Positions 29,536-39,309 of a stretch of 64,000 nt of DNA are shown here, in pieces. Numbering within the stretch: the stretch's first letter is position 1; each line of letters opens with the position of its first letter. The stretch comes from a virus. The notes beneath the pieces were generated by a model, which made no database searches, was not told where the DNA came from, and worked only from the letters and a program-made list of their open reading frames with translations. The translations under genes and the position numbers were made by a program. The DNA lies in the IMG/VR virus record IMGVR_UViG_3300030117_006141, positions 1-64,000 of that record; one strand, given 5' to 3'.

Positions 29536-30183
29536 CTATTTATTTGGGTCCAAGTTTACAGCAAGAGATACTGTTAATGAACCTCCTGTTTCATTACCTA
29601 TAAATGTAACAGTTGCTGATCCTGCTGCAGATAACGATTTAGCTGTGATTCTAAATGAATTTCCAGATACAGTTACTGTATTATTAACAGGAGTTCCTTC
29701 GGTTGTTGTATTATATACATTAGAATATGAACCTCCAGTTGTTGCTGAACCTACTACATCCAAAAATGCTATATCTGAATCTGATAATATCGCGGTATAA
29801 CCTGCCGTTCCATTTGAGCCGGGTAAGTTAGGTGTTGATGGACTTATGACAATTGATTGTCCCTGGTCTAAAGGTCCTAGTGCAGTGCTTCCAATATTAA
29901 TTATAGGTAATTTAGTTGTATTTTGTCCAAGTGAAACTAGTTTATGTTTCATTACATGTTGTTGATTAGGTGATGCCTCAACTACAGGCATACTTTCTAT
30001 CACTGTTCCATAATAGTTACTACCTAACTCATGTGCCGGATTCCAAAGGTTATAATCCACTTCATCATCCGCTAAGGCAAATTTTGTAATTTGAAAAGAA
30101 CCGTCACCTTTTGCTAAAAGTTCCCTTCCCTTTTTTGTTAATATTGCGTCCACTGTAATTGAACTATTGTCTAAATATCCCAT
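29536..30183 (-). CDS. Virion structural protein (fibre-attachment-like N-terminus)
   Basis: AILTKKGRELLA..FQITKFALAD resembles the N-termini of tail collar/fibre proteins. Confidence 0.6.
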   Translation of the reverse strand: MGYLDNSSITVDAILTKKGRELLAKGDGSFQITKFALADDEVDYNLWNPAHELGSNYYGTVIESMPVVEASPNQQHVMKHKLVSLGQNTTKLPIINIGSTALGPLDQGQSIVISPSTPNLPGSNGTAGYTAILSDSDIAFLDVVGSATTGGSYSNVYNTTTEGTPVNNTVTVSGNSFRITAKSLSAAGSATVTFIGNETGGSLTVSLAVNLDPNK

Positions 30184-30277
30184 AATTTTTCCTCTTATTA
30201 TTCTACATATAAATATATACTTATAGTAAAAAGCTGTCCTTTATTATAATTATATGTTGCTCTAAATATTCTTTCAT

Positions 30278-33200
30278 TTATTTTCCTGATTTACCACCTG
30301 CCCAAGATGTATTAGGTGGGCTTGCTGTTATCCAAACCATTTCATACCCATTATTTAACCAATATCCATTTGTTTGACCCTGAGGTCCTGGTTGTTGAGA
30401 ACCTGGAATTATATCACCCTTTTGACCGCCCATAACAGATACTTCTGCAGGCAATTCACCGGATAATAGCAACTCACCTTTACCTGCCTGGGCTTCTGCT
30501 GCGCTAAATAATAAATTAGGATTTGTTTCAAAATATTCTACTACTGCATTTCCATCAGGTGTTTGGGAACTTGGTATATTGAAATCCGCTCCACGCATTT
30601 GAGCTCCCATGAATGATAGTAATTGTATTCCAGTATTGTCATCAATATTAACTTCCGCAAATTTTATTGAACTAGAATACGCCTGTTTTTTATATGAACC
30701 CAGGTGTGCGCCAAATTGACCATTGGGTGTTTTTCTATATGGTTGTTTAGGGTTTCTAGCATACTCAAATGGCCCTCTCCAAGATCCCGCATCTAAGTAT
30801 AACATATGATTAGATGCACTTATAGAAGAACTATAAAAATATTGTTTTGTTTTATAAATACTAGATACTCTCGATGCTGTAATTGCGGGATTGGTTCCTT
30901 CTCTAGAAATTATGCTAGCTAATTGTATAGATGAGGATCCTTTCGTATATGAATCTGTTCCTTTATGTATAACAGTTTGTGTTTGCAAATATCTAGAACC
31001 ATCTTCTCTTATATTATATCCATGTCTGCTATGGATAGGTCCAGTTCCAACAATCGACATTTCCCAAGGAACTCCTGCGCTTCCTGTTTTATATACTACA
31101 TCATTTGAAGACGTAAAATGATAAATAATATTTTCCGTTTGGTTAATATTTTTTAAGCTTCCTGATGTCATAATGTATTCACCATATATTTTTGCATGTG
31201 ATGATGTTACAAATATATCATTAGGAGTTGTTGTATTATAATCCATTTTTATGGTAGCCGGATCCTTAAATTGGTCTTCCGACAGAACAGGTTGTGCTCT
31301 TTCAATTTTAGTTCTTTCTAATATTGTTGGCTCTATTAATAACCCTGATAATTCGTTAGCTTTACTCGGAATAAATTTATTAATTATCTTAAATAGAGAA
31401 CCATCAAAAAACTCTATCTGCCTGATATAATCCCAAAGATTTTTTCCTGATGAATATTTTTTAAAGTATTCGTTGCGAATATTATTTAATTGTGTATATT
31501 CATTTTTATATTGATCTCTCGGATCGCCAACGAATTGATCTAATCGTGTTTGGCCTATTGAGTTTGCTATATCTATGTTTACGTCATTTGTTGGTGACAA
31601 ATATATACCTATCTTATTGGTATCTATAGGCGCAGTGTCTAACGATGATTGTTCCTTTCGAGTATGCCTTGAAAGTATTGAGTACTTTTCCCCATCAGCT
31701 GCAGTCTCTTGTGGTAATTTATTATCTTCTATTCTAATCTTATTACTAGTAGGACTGTTTCCAACCGTACTTGGCATATTAATATAATACACCTCTTCTA
31801 CGTCTTCATAATCATTACCATATTTACTAAATCCTGAACCTGAAGCGTATCCGTATTGTAATCCGCCGTTAGTAGACCAGTCTACATATTTATGAGCAGA
31901 AGGATGACTACTAGATATTATCTTATTTCCCGATGAACTATGATCATATGTTTTTAAATCCGTTCCTAATCGGAATCTAGTTACTAAATCATAATATGAT
32001 GACGAATAATTATTACCAACAATACTTTGAGGATTTTGGATATGTTGATCAAATGCCCCGACTGATAGTCTATTTATCCACAATCTATATTCTTGCATTG
32101 ACCCACTAAATCCATAATCTTCCGGCCATGCCGCTTTAATGTCAGCAGGGCAACCATTTGTTGAATCCCATTCATCTGGTCTAAGTCCTATAGTTTGATT
32201 CTGGACGCCCGCTTTTATCCAATGATTTTGATTAACTGATCCGGATATTGTTCTGGTGCTAGCTGATACCGCATGCGTTATTCTACCCTGGGAATGATCT
32301 GCTGATTTTTTTGCAAATACGTCAAATGTTACAGGTTGTAATTTTTGGTGAGCTGGAGTTCCAGAACCTGTAGGCATTGTTCGTCTTAACATTATATTCC
32401 ACCAATCTCCGTCGTATAGCGGAGTCCAAGCTGTGGAGCAAGATACAATTCCCCCTTGGCCGTTATTCTCTATACTACCCGAAGCCCAGTATTTTAATCT
32501 TCCATATGGAGATTTACCAACCTTATAAGTTAAATGTGCGGAAGAACTGTGTTCTAATACAAGACCTCTGCTGCTTTGGATATCCGCCCATAATACCTGA
32601 TTCCTTTTGTATGAAGTTTTAATTCTCATTTCCATTGTATTTGGAAAGAAATTCATATGTGAATTAGGGTGGTGTTTATCTATTTTTGTCCAGTCATGTG
32701 TTATCTTATCTGTTCCTGAAAATCTTAGTGCGTTAGCATATCTATTGATCGCAAATTGGGAATTTTGACCTTCTAAATCCGGTCCACCAAATTCTACAAT
32801 TCTTAAAATTGAAGATGGTATACCATAACAATTTACAAGTGCTCTAATACTTCTTTCAGTTCCTTTCGTTTTTAATAACGAAGGTAAATTATTGATTATT
32901 CTATTCCATATCTCAGTCGTTCTATCATAACCCGAAATTGTAGGCAATGATCCTGATGTTGTTCCTAACCCAGTTTGTAATGTTGTTCCGGACTGATTTG
33001 TTCCTAGTGCATAGGACCAAAGATCTTCATTAACGTTACCATTAAATAATTGGGTTCCCAATGATTGGGCTATATCATATAATAGTTCTTTAGGTGCACC
33101 AATATTTGGGTCCTCTTCCCTGCTATGAATACTTGTTAGATTTTGTATATAATTAAATAGGATATCATAATGCTGACCTAACATATGTGTATAGGTAAAC

Positions 33201-34549
33201 ATTGTACTATTTTGTGGGTCGTCCAATATAAATGTTGGAAGAGCTTTTAATAGCATATCCTGATTATCCCTATCATGCATAGATGCAGAATATACTTGAC
33301 CTCCAAAAAATGGACTACTTGTGCTTGTGTTACCAAACCATTTTTTAACAACAGTATCTGAAGATGATACATTGCAGTATGGTTTTGTATTATTATATTT
33401 GGGCCATGTTGATGGTTCGTATTTTATATTTCCGTCATCTCCTGAACCTGAGCCATAGTACAAAAATCTTTCATATCCATCAAATCCATTTAACAAGGCA
33501 TCTATTTGTTGTTTTTTTATTTGTATATTTCCAGTAGCTTCCGTTCCGGCTCCTGATAAATTATTTAGATCATTAATATCCGATCTATAATCTTCTATGA
33601 GGGTCATTTTATAATGAAAATTTCTTAATCTTTCTTCTGCAGAACTAAAATGTATAAAATTATTAAAATCCCTATAATCAATATTTAATTCAACACCTTC
33701 TCCCCAACTTCCACTAACAAATTTAGATATTAATTGCTGGGATGTTTCTTGACCAGATCCTAGTATTTCATCCCATGTCTTTTCAGCAGTACCATAAGAT
33801 TTTACACCGTCTAAATTTAATTCAAAATTAGGATGAAGTAATCTAAACCCCTCAGAGGCAACTGGTGTCTGTAAGTTAATATTAATATCTACTATATCTG
33901 AACATAATACAGAAATGTTAATAACCGATTGGCCTTCTGTTTTTAATGGGGTAAGTAATTTTAGATAAACATTTTTATTATCATCTAAAGCGGCACCGCC
34001 CTCAGCATATAAATTTATAACATGAGATACATCACCTTTACCTTCTTCAATAATAAGAGGCAAGGTAAACATACTACCAGGGTCATCGCCTATATATCGA
34101 ACTTCATGCAATCTATATATCGCGGACCAAAGCATATGGTATTTTGATGCATATTGTTGACCAGCAATTTCTGGATCATTATTTAACTGTTCTATAGTTT
34201 CACCTGTAATTTTTATTTCTTTGAAATCTTCTGATATTTCATCAATCGGTATTCCTGTTAAGTGGTTTCTAACGAAAAGTAATTTTACATTAAATTCGCC
34301 TGATGAGAATCCAGCCTTTGTTAGTGCGGCCTCTATATCTACTAATGTGGCGCCTGAAGTTTTTTCTGGGATGGACCCATCAGAATTTGTGCTAGAAGTA
34401 TACCAATCCCCGGGATCCACAACAGTAGATATTATAAAATTACCCGCGGTATTATATACATGCATAATAACGCGATCATCACTAGATACGCCGAAGTTTG
34501 TTAAAAACTTGCGTCCTGGTAAATTTGGTGTTAATGTTATTCTAGCCAT
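30278..34549 (-). CDS. Large baseplate wedge-like protein
   Basis: LLKTKGTERSIRALVNCYG (the KGT motif of P2 gpI/T4 gp7-type wedge proteins), a LamG-like segment, and its position in the baseplate cluster. Confidence 0.6.
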   Translation of the reverse strand: MARITLTPNLPGRKFLTNFGVSSDDRVIMHVYNTAGNFIISTVVDPGDWYTSSTNSDGSIPEKTSGATLVDIEAALTKAGFSSGEFNVKLLFVRNHLTGIPIDEISEDFKEIKITGETIEQLNNDPEIAGQQYASKYHMLWSAIYRLHEVRYIGDDPGSMFTLPLIIEEGKGDVSHVINLYAEGGAALDDNKNVYLKLLTPLKTEGQSVINISVLCSDIVDININLQTPVASEGFRLLHPNFELNLDGVKSYGTAEKTWDEILGSGQETSQQLISKFVSGSWGEGVELNIDYRDFNNFIHFSSAEERLRNFHYKMTLIEDYRSDINDLNNLSGAGTEATGNIQIKKQQIDALLNGFDGYERFLYYGSGSGDDGNIKYEPSTWPKYNNTKPYCNVSSSDTVVKKWFGNTSTSSPFFGGQVYSASMHDRDNQDMLLKALPTFILDDPQNSTMFTYTHMLGQHYDILFNYIQNLTSIHSREEDPNIGAPKELLYDIAQSLGTQLFNGNVNEDLWSYALGTNQSGTTLQTGLGTTSGSLPTISGYDRTTEIWNRIINNLPSLLKTKGTERSIRALVNCYGIPSSILRIVEFGGPDLEGQNSQFAINRYANALRFSGTDKITHDWTKIDKHHPNSHMNFFPNTMEMRIKTSYKRNQVLWADIQSSRGLVLEHSSSAHLTYKVGKSPYGRLKYWASGSIENNGQGGIVSCSTAWTPLYDGDWWNIMLRRTMPTGSGTPAHQKLQPVTFDVFAKKSADHSQGRITHAVSASTRTISGSVNQNHWIKAGVQNQTIGLRPDEWDSTNGCPADIKAAWPEDYGFSGSMQEYRLWINRLSVGAFDQHIQNPQSIVGNNYSSSYYDLVTRFRLGTDLKTYDHSSSGNKIISSSHPSAHKYVDWSTNGGLQYGYASGSGFSKYGNDYEDVEEVYYINMPSTVGNSPTSNKIRIEDNKLPQETAADGEKYSILSRHTRKEQSSLDTAPIDTNKIGIYLSPTNDVNIDIANSIGQTRLDQFVGDPRDQYKNEYTQLNNIRNEYFKKYSSGKNLWDYIRQIEFFDGSLFKIINKFIPSKANELSGLLIEPTILERTKIERAQPVLSEDQFKDPATIKMDYNTTTPNDIFVTSSHAKIYGEYIMTSGSLKNINQTENIIYHFTSSNDVVYKTGSAGVPWEMSIVGTGPIHSRHGYNIREDGSRYLQTQTVIHKGTDSYTKGSSSIQLASIISREGTNPAITASRVSSIYKTKQYFYSSSISASNHMLYLDAGSWRGPFEYARNPKQPYRKTPNGQFGAHLGSYKKQAYSSSIKFAEVNIDDNTGIQLLSFMGAQMRGADFNIPSSQTPDGNAVVEYFETNPNLLFSAAEAQAGKGELLLSGELPAEVSVMGGQKGDIIPGSQQPGPQGQTNGYWLNNGYEMVWITASPPNTSWAGGKSGK

Positions 34550-34563
34550 TTATATTTTTCCTA

Positions 34564-36960
34564 TTAATCCGGTGAATATCCAAAATTATTTCTAGGTGAT
34601 TCAGTTACTGCCTTACTATGACCATAATTTCTTGCATCTTTATAATGGCCACTATATTCTTCCGATTTCATTCTTTCCAACATAGCCCTAAAAGCACAGT
34701 CCAGTAAATGAAAAGTTAAACGTTGTTTTATCATATTTTTTATTTGTTCTTCCTTAGCACTAAATACTTCTTCAGGAACTTGTGTCTGAGCTTGTAGTAT
34801 TTGATATATTTTATTCCAATTCATGGTATCTTCTAAAGTAACTTTAATTTCACTAATATCATCTTCACTGATTCCTGTAATTGATATATCCTGTGGATTG
34901 TAGTCCATCATAAACCAATATAAACCGCACAGACCCCAATACATATTAGGCAGGACATAATTATCACTAGGATCATTTAAAAAGTCATCAAAATCAGACC
35001 AATGTTGTGTCCCGGAAATACCACTATGAGTAATTTGCTTGAATACATCGTATATTGGTCTTTTTAGAAAAGTATAATCTCCATCCTCAAAAGACCATGC
35101 TCCCTGCATAGTTTCTAATTTGTTTAGATGGGGTTTGAAGTTATCAGTATTTTTATGAACCTCATAAATAGCATCATCTATATCTTCGTATAATAATTTT
35201 TGTCTAATAACAGGAATTATATTAGCTCCAGCCATAACCAGAATTCTTCTTTTTGTCATAACAGAACTCAGATCCTCCTGATCTCTAGTTAATGCCGGTA
35301 TGCTAAATTGGAAATATATAGCCGATTTACCATCCCTATCCATTTGATTATTATTAAAATCCTTGAGCCATTCTAAATTCATTCTCTTTACATTCAGTGC
35401 TGCCATTGCCGCATGTCTAACCATAATCGGTTTGCCAAAATAAATATCCTCTGCATCATCCATGTCCGGCCGACTAGTTTTTGACGTTTTACTATACCCA
35501 ACCCAAGAGCTCCAAGGCAGATTATGATCCCACGAAGATTCTGGTTCGATTCCCGTATTGGGTCTATAAATATTAAAACATATATGTTTATTTCTTATCC
35601 CTTCTTCTTCATTTGGCCATCTATAAAAATCTTTGACAGAGCCTACCCAGGTGGATAATGGGTATGCGGTATCTCTTACTGCACCCATACTTCCATTCCC
35701 CCAAGTTGCTCTTTCATTCCATTCCTCTAATTGACTCCACTCTGTAAATTTATATTTTAATACAGCGGGGTTTAGAGCTGCTCTACGAGGCATTTCCCAT
35801 GTTTCATATTGTCTATTAAAATCATCACCCAATCTATTTACAATAATTCTAGCATTTATTCCCCAACAACCAGTAAGAATAGATTTAAATCTTATGTCGT
35901 TCATTGATCTATCCCAAGCCCTACTACCGTCTCTATGAGCTACTAATTCCACTCTTAATTTTCTGGCCCCGATCGGCATTCCTATTCTTCTGTGCTTGAA
36001 ACACATTAAGGTTCTTTGATAACTATTTCGTGTATTACTTAACTGAACTCTTCTTATTTCATCGTCCCTATCATTGAATAAAATAAAATTTATTCTAATC
36101 ATATCATTTATAAATGCTTGTTTGATATGCCAAAAAGCCGGGTGATCATTTCTCTCGTGGGAGGAATCATCTGATGCAATACCCCTTCTCCAGTTAACAT
36201 CCCCATCATCATCTATTTTAGTATAACAGTGAGTATCATGCACATGAAATCTTTTTCCCACTAACCAAGCACCGCATCTAAGATCAACTTCCTCTATACC
36301 TTCTATTTTTCTATCTATCACATCTTTTATTTGTGTTAAATCTATTTCCTGATGTAGTTTTATTTCATTATGTAAATTTCTATTAGCAAACGGACCTAAT
36401 ACCCTATCACCTTTGTCTGGTTTTGGGTATATTTCTTGATCGATTATGTGACGAGTTGATGGTGACATATCCCATGTAGATACCCATCCTAATTTTTTAT
36501 TACTATCCCAAAAATAGGGAGCTACTTGTTCCATGGAACCCTCTATTACTGACCATCCCGCATCTCCTAATCTTTGTTCTCCATTTTGAACTATATTCTT
36601 CGTTAATAAATTATTTTCCAAAACATCCAAAACTTCTACGGTTGTTGGCTCAGATGTCACTGTCCCGAACTGATTGGAGATTTCACACTGATATATTCCA
36701 GCGTCATCTACTCGTATATCATTAAGTTCAATAGATGGTCTATCCCACCAAGATCTGGGTCTTTTATAATCATGATATGCAAGATCGCCTTCCTCTGTTC
36801 CAAAGGGAATACCATCTTTGGTCCATAGATAATGTAATGTATTATCATTTGCAGAATTAACAAAAGAATTATGTGTCACACCAACGCTCAATATTAAATT
36901 AGAGCCCTGGACGACTGTTCTGATATTATCTTTTACATATATCGTTTTGGTTTCTGACAT
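34564..36960 (-). CDS. Virion protein with an N-terminal I-set Ig-like domain and a probable carbohydrate-binding domain
   Basis: YLWTKDG...DAGIYQCEISNQFGTVTS, followed by NIVQNG..GW...QEIDL. Confidence 0.65.
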   Translation of the reverse strand: MSETKTIYVKDNIRTVVQGSNLILSVGVTHNSFVNSANDNTLHYLWTKDGIPFGTEEGDLAYHDYKRPRSWWDRPSIELNDIRVDDAGIYQCEISNQFGTVTSEPTTVEVLDVLENNLLTKNIVQNGEQRLGDAGWSVIEGSMEQVAPYFWDSNKKLGWVSTWDMSPSTRHIIDQEIYPKPDKGDRVLGPFANRNLHNEIKLHQEIDLTQIKDVIDRKIEGIEEVDLRCGAWLVGKRFHVHDTHCYTKIDDDGDVNWRRGIASDDSSHERNDHPAFWHIKQAFINDMIRINFILFNDRDDEIRRVQLSNTRNSYQRTLMCFKHRRIGMPIGARKLRVELVAHRDGSRAWDRSMNDIRFKSILTGCWGINARIIVNRLGDDFNRQYETWEMPRRAALNPAVLKYKFTEWSQLEEWNERATWGNGSMGAVRDTAYPLSTWVGSVKDFYRWPNEEEGIRNKHICFNIYRPNTGIEPESSWDHNLPWSSWVGYSKTSKTSRPDMDDAEDIYFGKPIMVRHAAMAALNVKRMNLEWLKDFNNNQMDRDGKSAIYFQFSIPALTRDQEDLSSVMTKRRILVMAGANIIPVIRQKLLYEDIDDAIYEVHKNTDNFKPHLNKLETMQGAWSFEDGDYTFLKRPIYDVFKQITHSGISGTQHWSDFDDFLNDPSDNYVLPNMYWGLCGLYWFMMDYNPQDISITGISEDDISEIKVTLEDTMNWNKIYQILQAQTQVPEEVFSAKEEQIKNMIKQRLTFHLLDCAFRAMLERMKSEEYSGHYKDARNYGHSKAVTESPRNNFGYSPD

Positions 36961-38117
36961 TATTCTCTTCCTGCTACTTCATCTCTATTTAATGCAACCG
37001 GGAGATTGTTTTCGCCCGGAGGTGCTTGGCCTGGATCATCACTAAATTCTATAGTATTAAGATCCGAGGTAATCTTAGGTTTAGAACCATATATACCTGG
37101 TGATTTTGTTTCATCTTCTATTAAATGATTAAATTCATAATCTGTTTGTTCTAATATAGCTACGGACTCGGCTGCAGTTACCAAATTATCAAAAGCTATA
37201 AAATCCCTATTTTGTCCAGCTGTGGTTGTATCTACTATAGCTGTAAAATTGGTAATATCACTTTGGTTGTTCAAATTTTCTCCTAATGATGTAGTATCTA
37301 TACCATCAGCTATGATAAGATCATACCAATGTCTCATACTTTGGCCTTCTAGTTCTGTTACATCCTCACCTGCATTATATGCTAAGAACCTATTTGCGGG
37401 ATCTACTGGTAATAACACAGCGTTGTTTCCTGTAAATGTTCTTCCTGCCATTATGGTTCCTGCAGTTATGAGTTCGCCTGTTGATGTTGTTGGCAAGTCT
37501 CCCGGGCCATGAACATGATAGTAACCCTGATATTCTTGATTATTAGAAGCTAATATTAATTCTCCACCTGTTGTATGCAAATTGTTCATTGTTTGATCTG
37601 GTATCTGTCCTAAAAAATATCCAGGAACTACCCAACATGAACCATCATCTTCATCAGCCATTGGGTTATAATTCCATGCATTCGGATTTGTACATCCTTT
37701 AATAACAGGTGCATCTAAGGCGCCCAGTGCTTCCAATAAACCATATTTTTCAAACCATTTTCTTTTTGTGTATAATGGAGGACCATCATATTCTATATCT
37801 TTATGTTCTGTAGGAATTATAGTTTCATATTGAGTGCCAAAATTTCTAATATGATACCACCCAGAATATGAATTTAATTCTGTTAAGCTATCCACACCCG
37901 GATTTTGATCTAAATTCCAAACATCTACTTCTTCAGACCATAGCTCATTACCATCAGTATGTAGATAACTTCTATAAGGACCAAAGTCATCCGGGCCGAA
38001 TTGTAACAAATCGACAGCTTCTTCTTCTATCAACTCAGCAACTTCACCATCAGTTAAAACTTGCCCGCTTTCTAGTTCGTCTAGTTGTTCTTGTAATCTT
38101 TCTAAATCGTCTGGCAT
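36960..38117 (-). CDS. Acidic virion-region protein with a GCTNP..NYNP..DDGSC motif
   Basis: Motif at 37635-37697 and two Y.G[WY]YH repeats. Confidence 0.6.
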   Translation of the reverse strand: MPDDLERLQEQLDELESGQVLTDGEVAELIEEEAVDLLQFGPDDFGPYRSYLHTDGNELWSEEVDVWNLDQNPGVDSLTELNSYSGWYHIRNFGTQYETIIPTEHKDIEYDGPPLYTKRKWFEKYGLLEALGALDAPVIKGCTNPNAWNYNPMADEDDGSCWVVPGYFLGQIPDQTMNNLHTTGGELILASNNQEYQGYYHVHGPGDLPTTSTGELITAGTIMAGRTFTGNNAVLLPVDPANRFLAYNAGEDVTELEGQSMRHWYDLIIADGIDTTSLGENLNNQSDITNFTAIVDTTTAGQNRDFIAFDNLVTAAESVAILEQTDYEFNHLIEDETKSPGIYGSKPKITSDLNTIEFSDDPGQAPPGENNLPVALNRDEVAGRE

Positions 38118-38123
38118 GGTTTA

Positions 38124-39299
38124 TTATCTCACAACTTTAAATAAATAATCTTTATCATAAAACTCTACTCTACTACCTGATACTACTTTATACACAAATC
38201 TATAATATCTTTCAGGCTGTAAACCATCCATATATAAATCAAAATAATTACCATTCGAATCACATGATAGTGCTGTATATTTTGTATCAAAAGGAACCAC
38301 AACTTCTTCTGTGTGGGCATCTTTAATTGAATAATAACTGCTGCTAGGTAAGTATTTAACCGTTAGTGCTGCTGATTTTGTTGCGAATGTTTTAGCAGGA
38401 TATTTTTCTCTACCATAAACTCTAAATCTTGTTCTAGAATTTTCTTTATATTGACCGCTATTATTATTCATATACACTATATTATCTTTATCTAAGATAT
38501 CCAAAGGATCCAATGATCCTGTAGAAAAGTTTCTGTCTGTCCAACAAATTTCTAATCTAGGAGAATATATTGTGTGAGTGTCTCTAGAAAAGAATTTTAG
38601 AGAACCCCTATCCTTAGAATCTCTTTCTTCCGAACCACTTCTTTTTAGTATCAGCCCATGGTTTGGAATACTTCCAGACATCCATTTTTTGCACATATTA
38701 GTAATGTCCATTCTAACATCATTAGATTGATATGTAAAAGTTTGTGAAGCATAATAATTAGAATCAGTATACCAAGTTCCTCCACCAGCTACAGTTACTC
38801 CTTCTCCTGAATTTCCTGCACCAGATTTATCACCTACAGTTTCATTGTAAGAAGCTGTGGTCCAACTACCGGTTGATGATGCTGCCCAGGAAGACGTAGT
38901 CCAACTATTGCCTGCATTGGCGCCATCTCTATATGTCCAACTAGCTCCCTCTTTTGTTGTGGGATAATGATTTTTTCTACCAATACCCATTTCCCAAGAT
39001 TCAGATACTGCTCGTGTCTCTAATCCATAACTATATGGTAAGTCAGATGCTTCAGATATAAATAAATTTAAATAAAATTTTAGATTACTTTTACCAATAA
39101 CTCCATCTACTATAGATTGTGATATAGCTGCCATATCAAATTGCATTAATGTTCTTGAGTTATAAATCTTATCACCGTATGGTTCAGCCGATTGTGATAT
39201 TAATTTAGTTATTTCTAATATCTCATCTATACCAGTATTCATCGAAGCTGAATTTTCGTATATTGTTGTGTCTTTTGTTGGAAATACGCTATATATCAT
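38124..39299 (-). CDS. Virion protein, DNRLRE/CBM96-like fold
   Basis: KDTTIY...SRTLMQFD...DIT...NHGLIL...PRL pattern. Confidence 0.55.
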   Translation of the reverse strand: MIYSVFPTKDTTIYENSASMNTGIDEILEITKLISQSAEPYGDKIYNSRTLMQFDMAAISQSIVDGVIGKSNLKFYLNLFISEASDLPYSYGLETRAVSESWEMGIGRKNHYPTTKEGASWTYRDGANAGNSWTTSSWAASSTGSWTTASYNETVGDKSGAGNSGEGVTVAGGGTWYTDSNYYASQTFTYQSNDVRMDITNMCKKWMSGSIPNHGLILKRSGSEERDSKDRGSLKFFSRDTHTIYSPRLEICWTDRNFSTGSLDPLDILDKDNIVYMNNNSGQYKENSRTRFRVYGREKYPAKTFATKSAALTVKYLPSSSYYSIKDAHTEEVVVPFDTKYTALSCDSNGNYFDLYMDGLQPERYYRFVYKVVSGSRVEFYDKDYLFKVVR

Positions 39300-39309
39300 T
39301 TTTTAGCTC

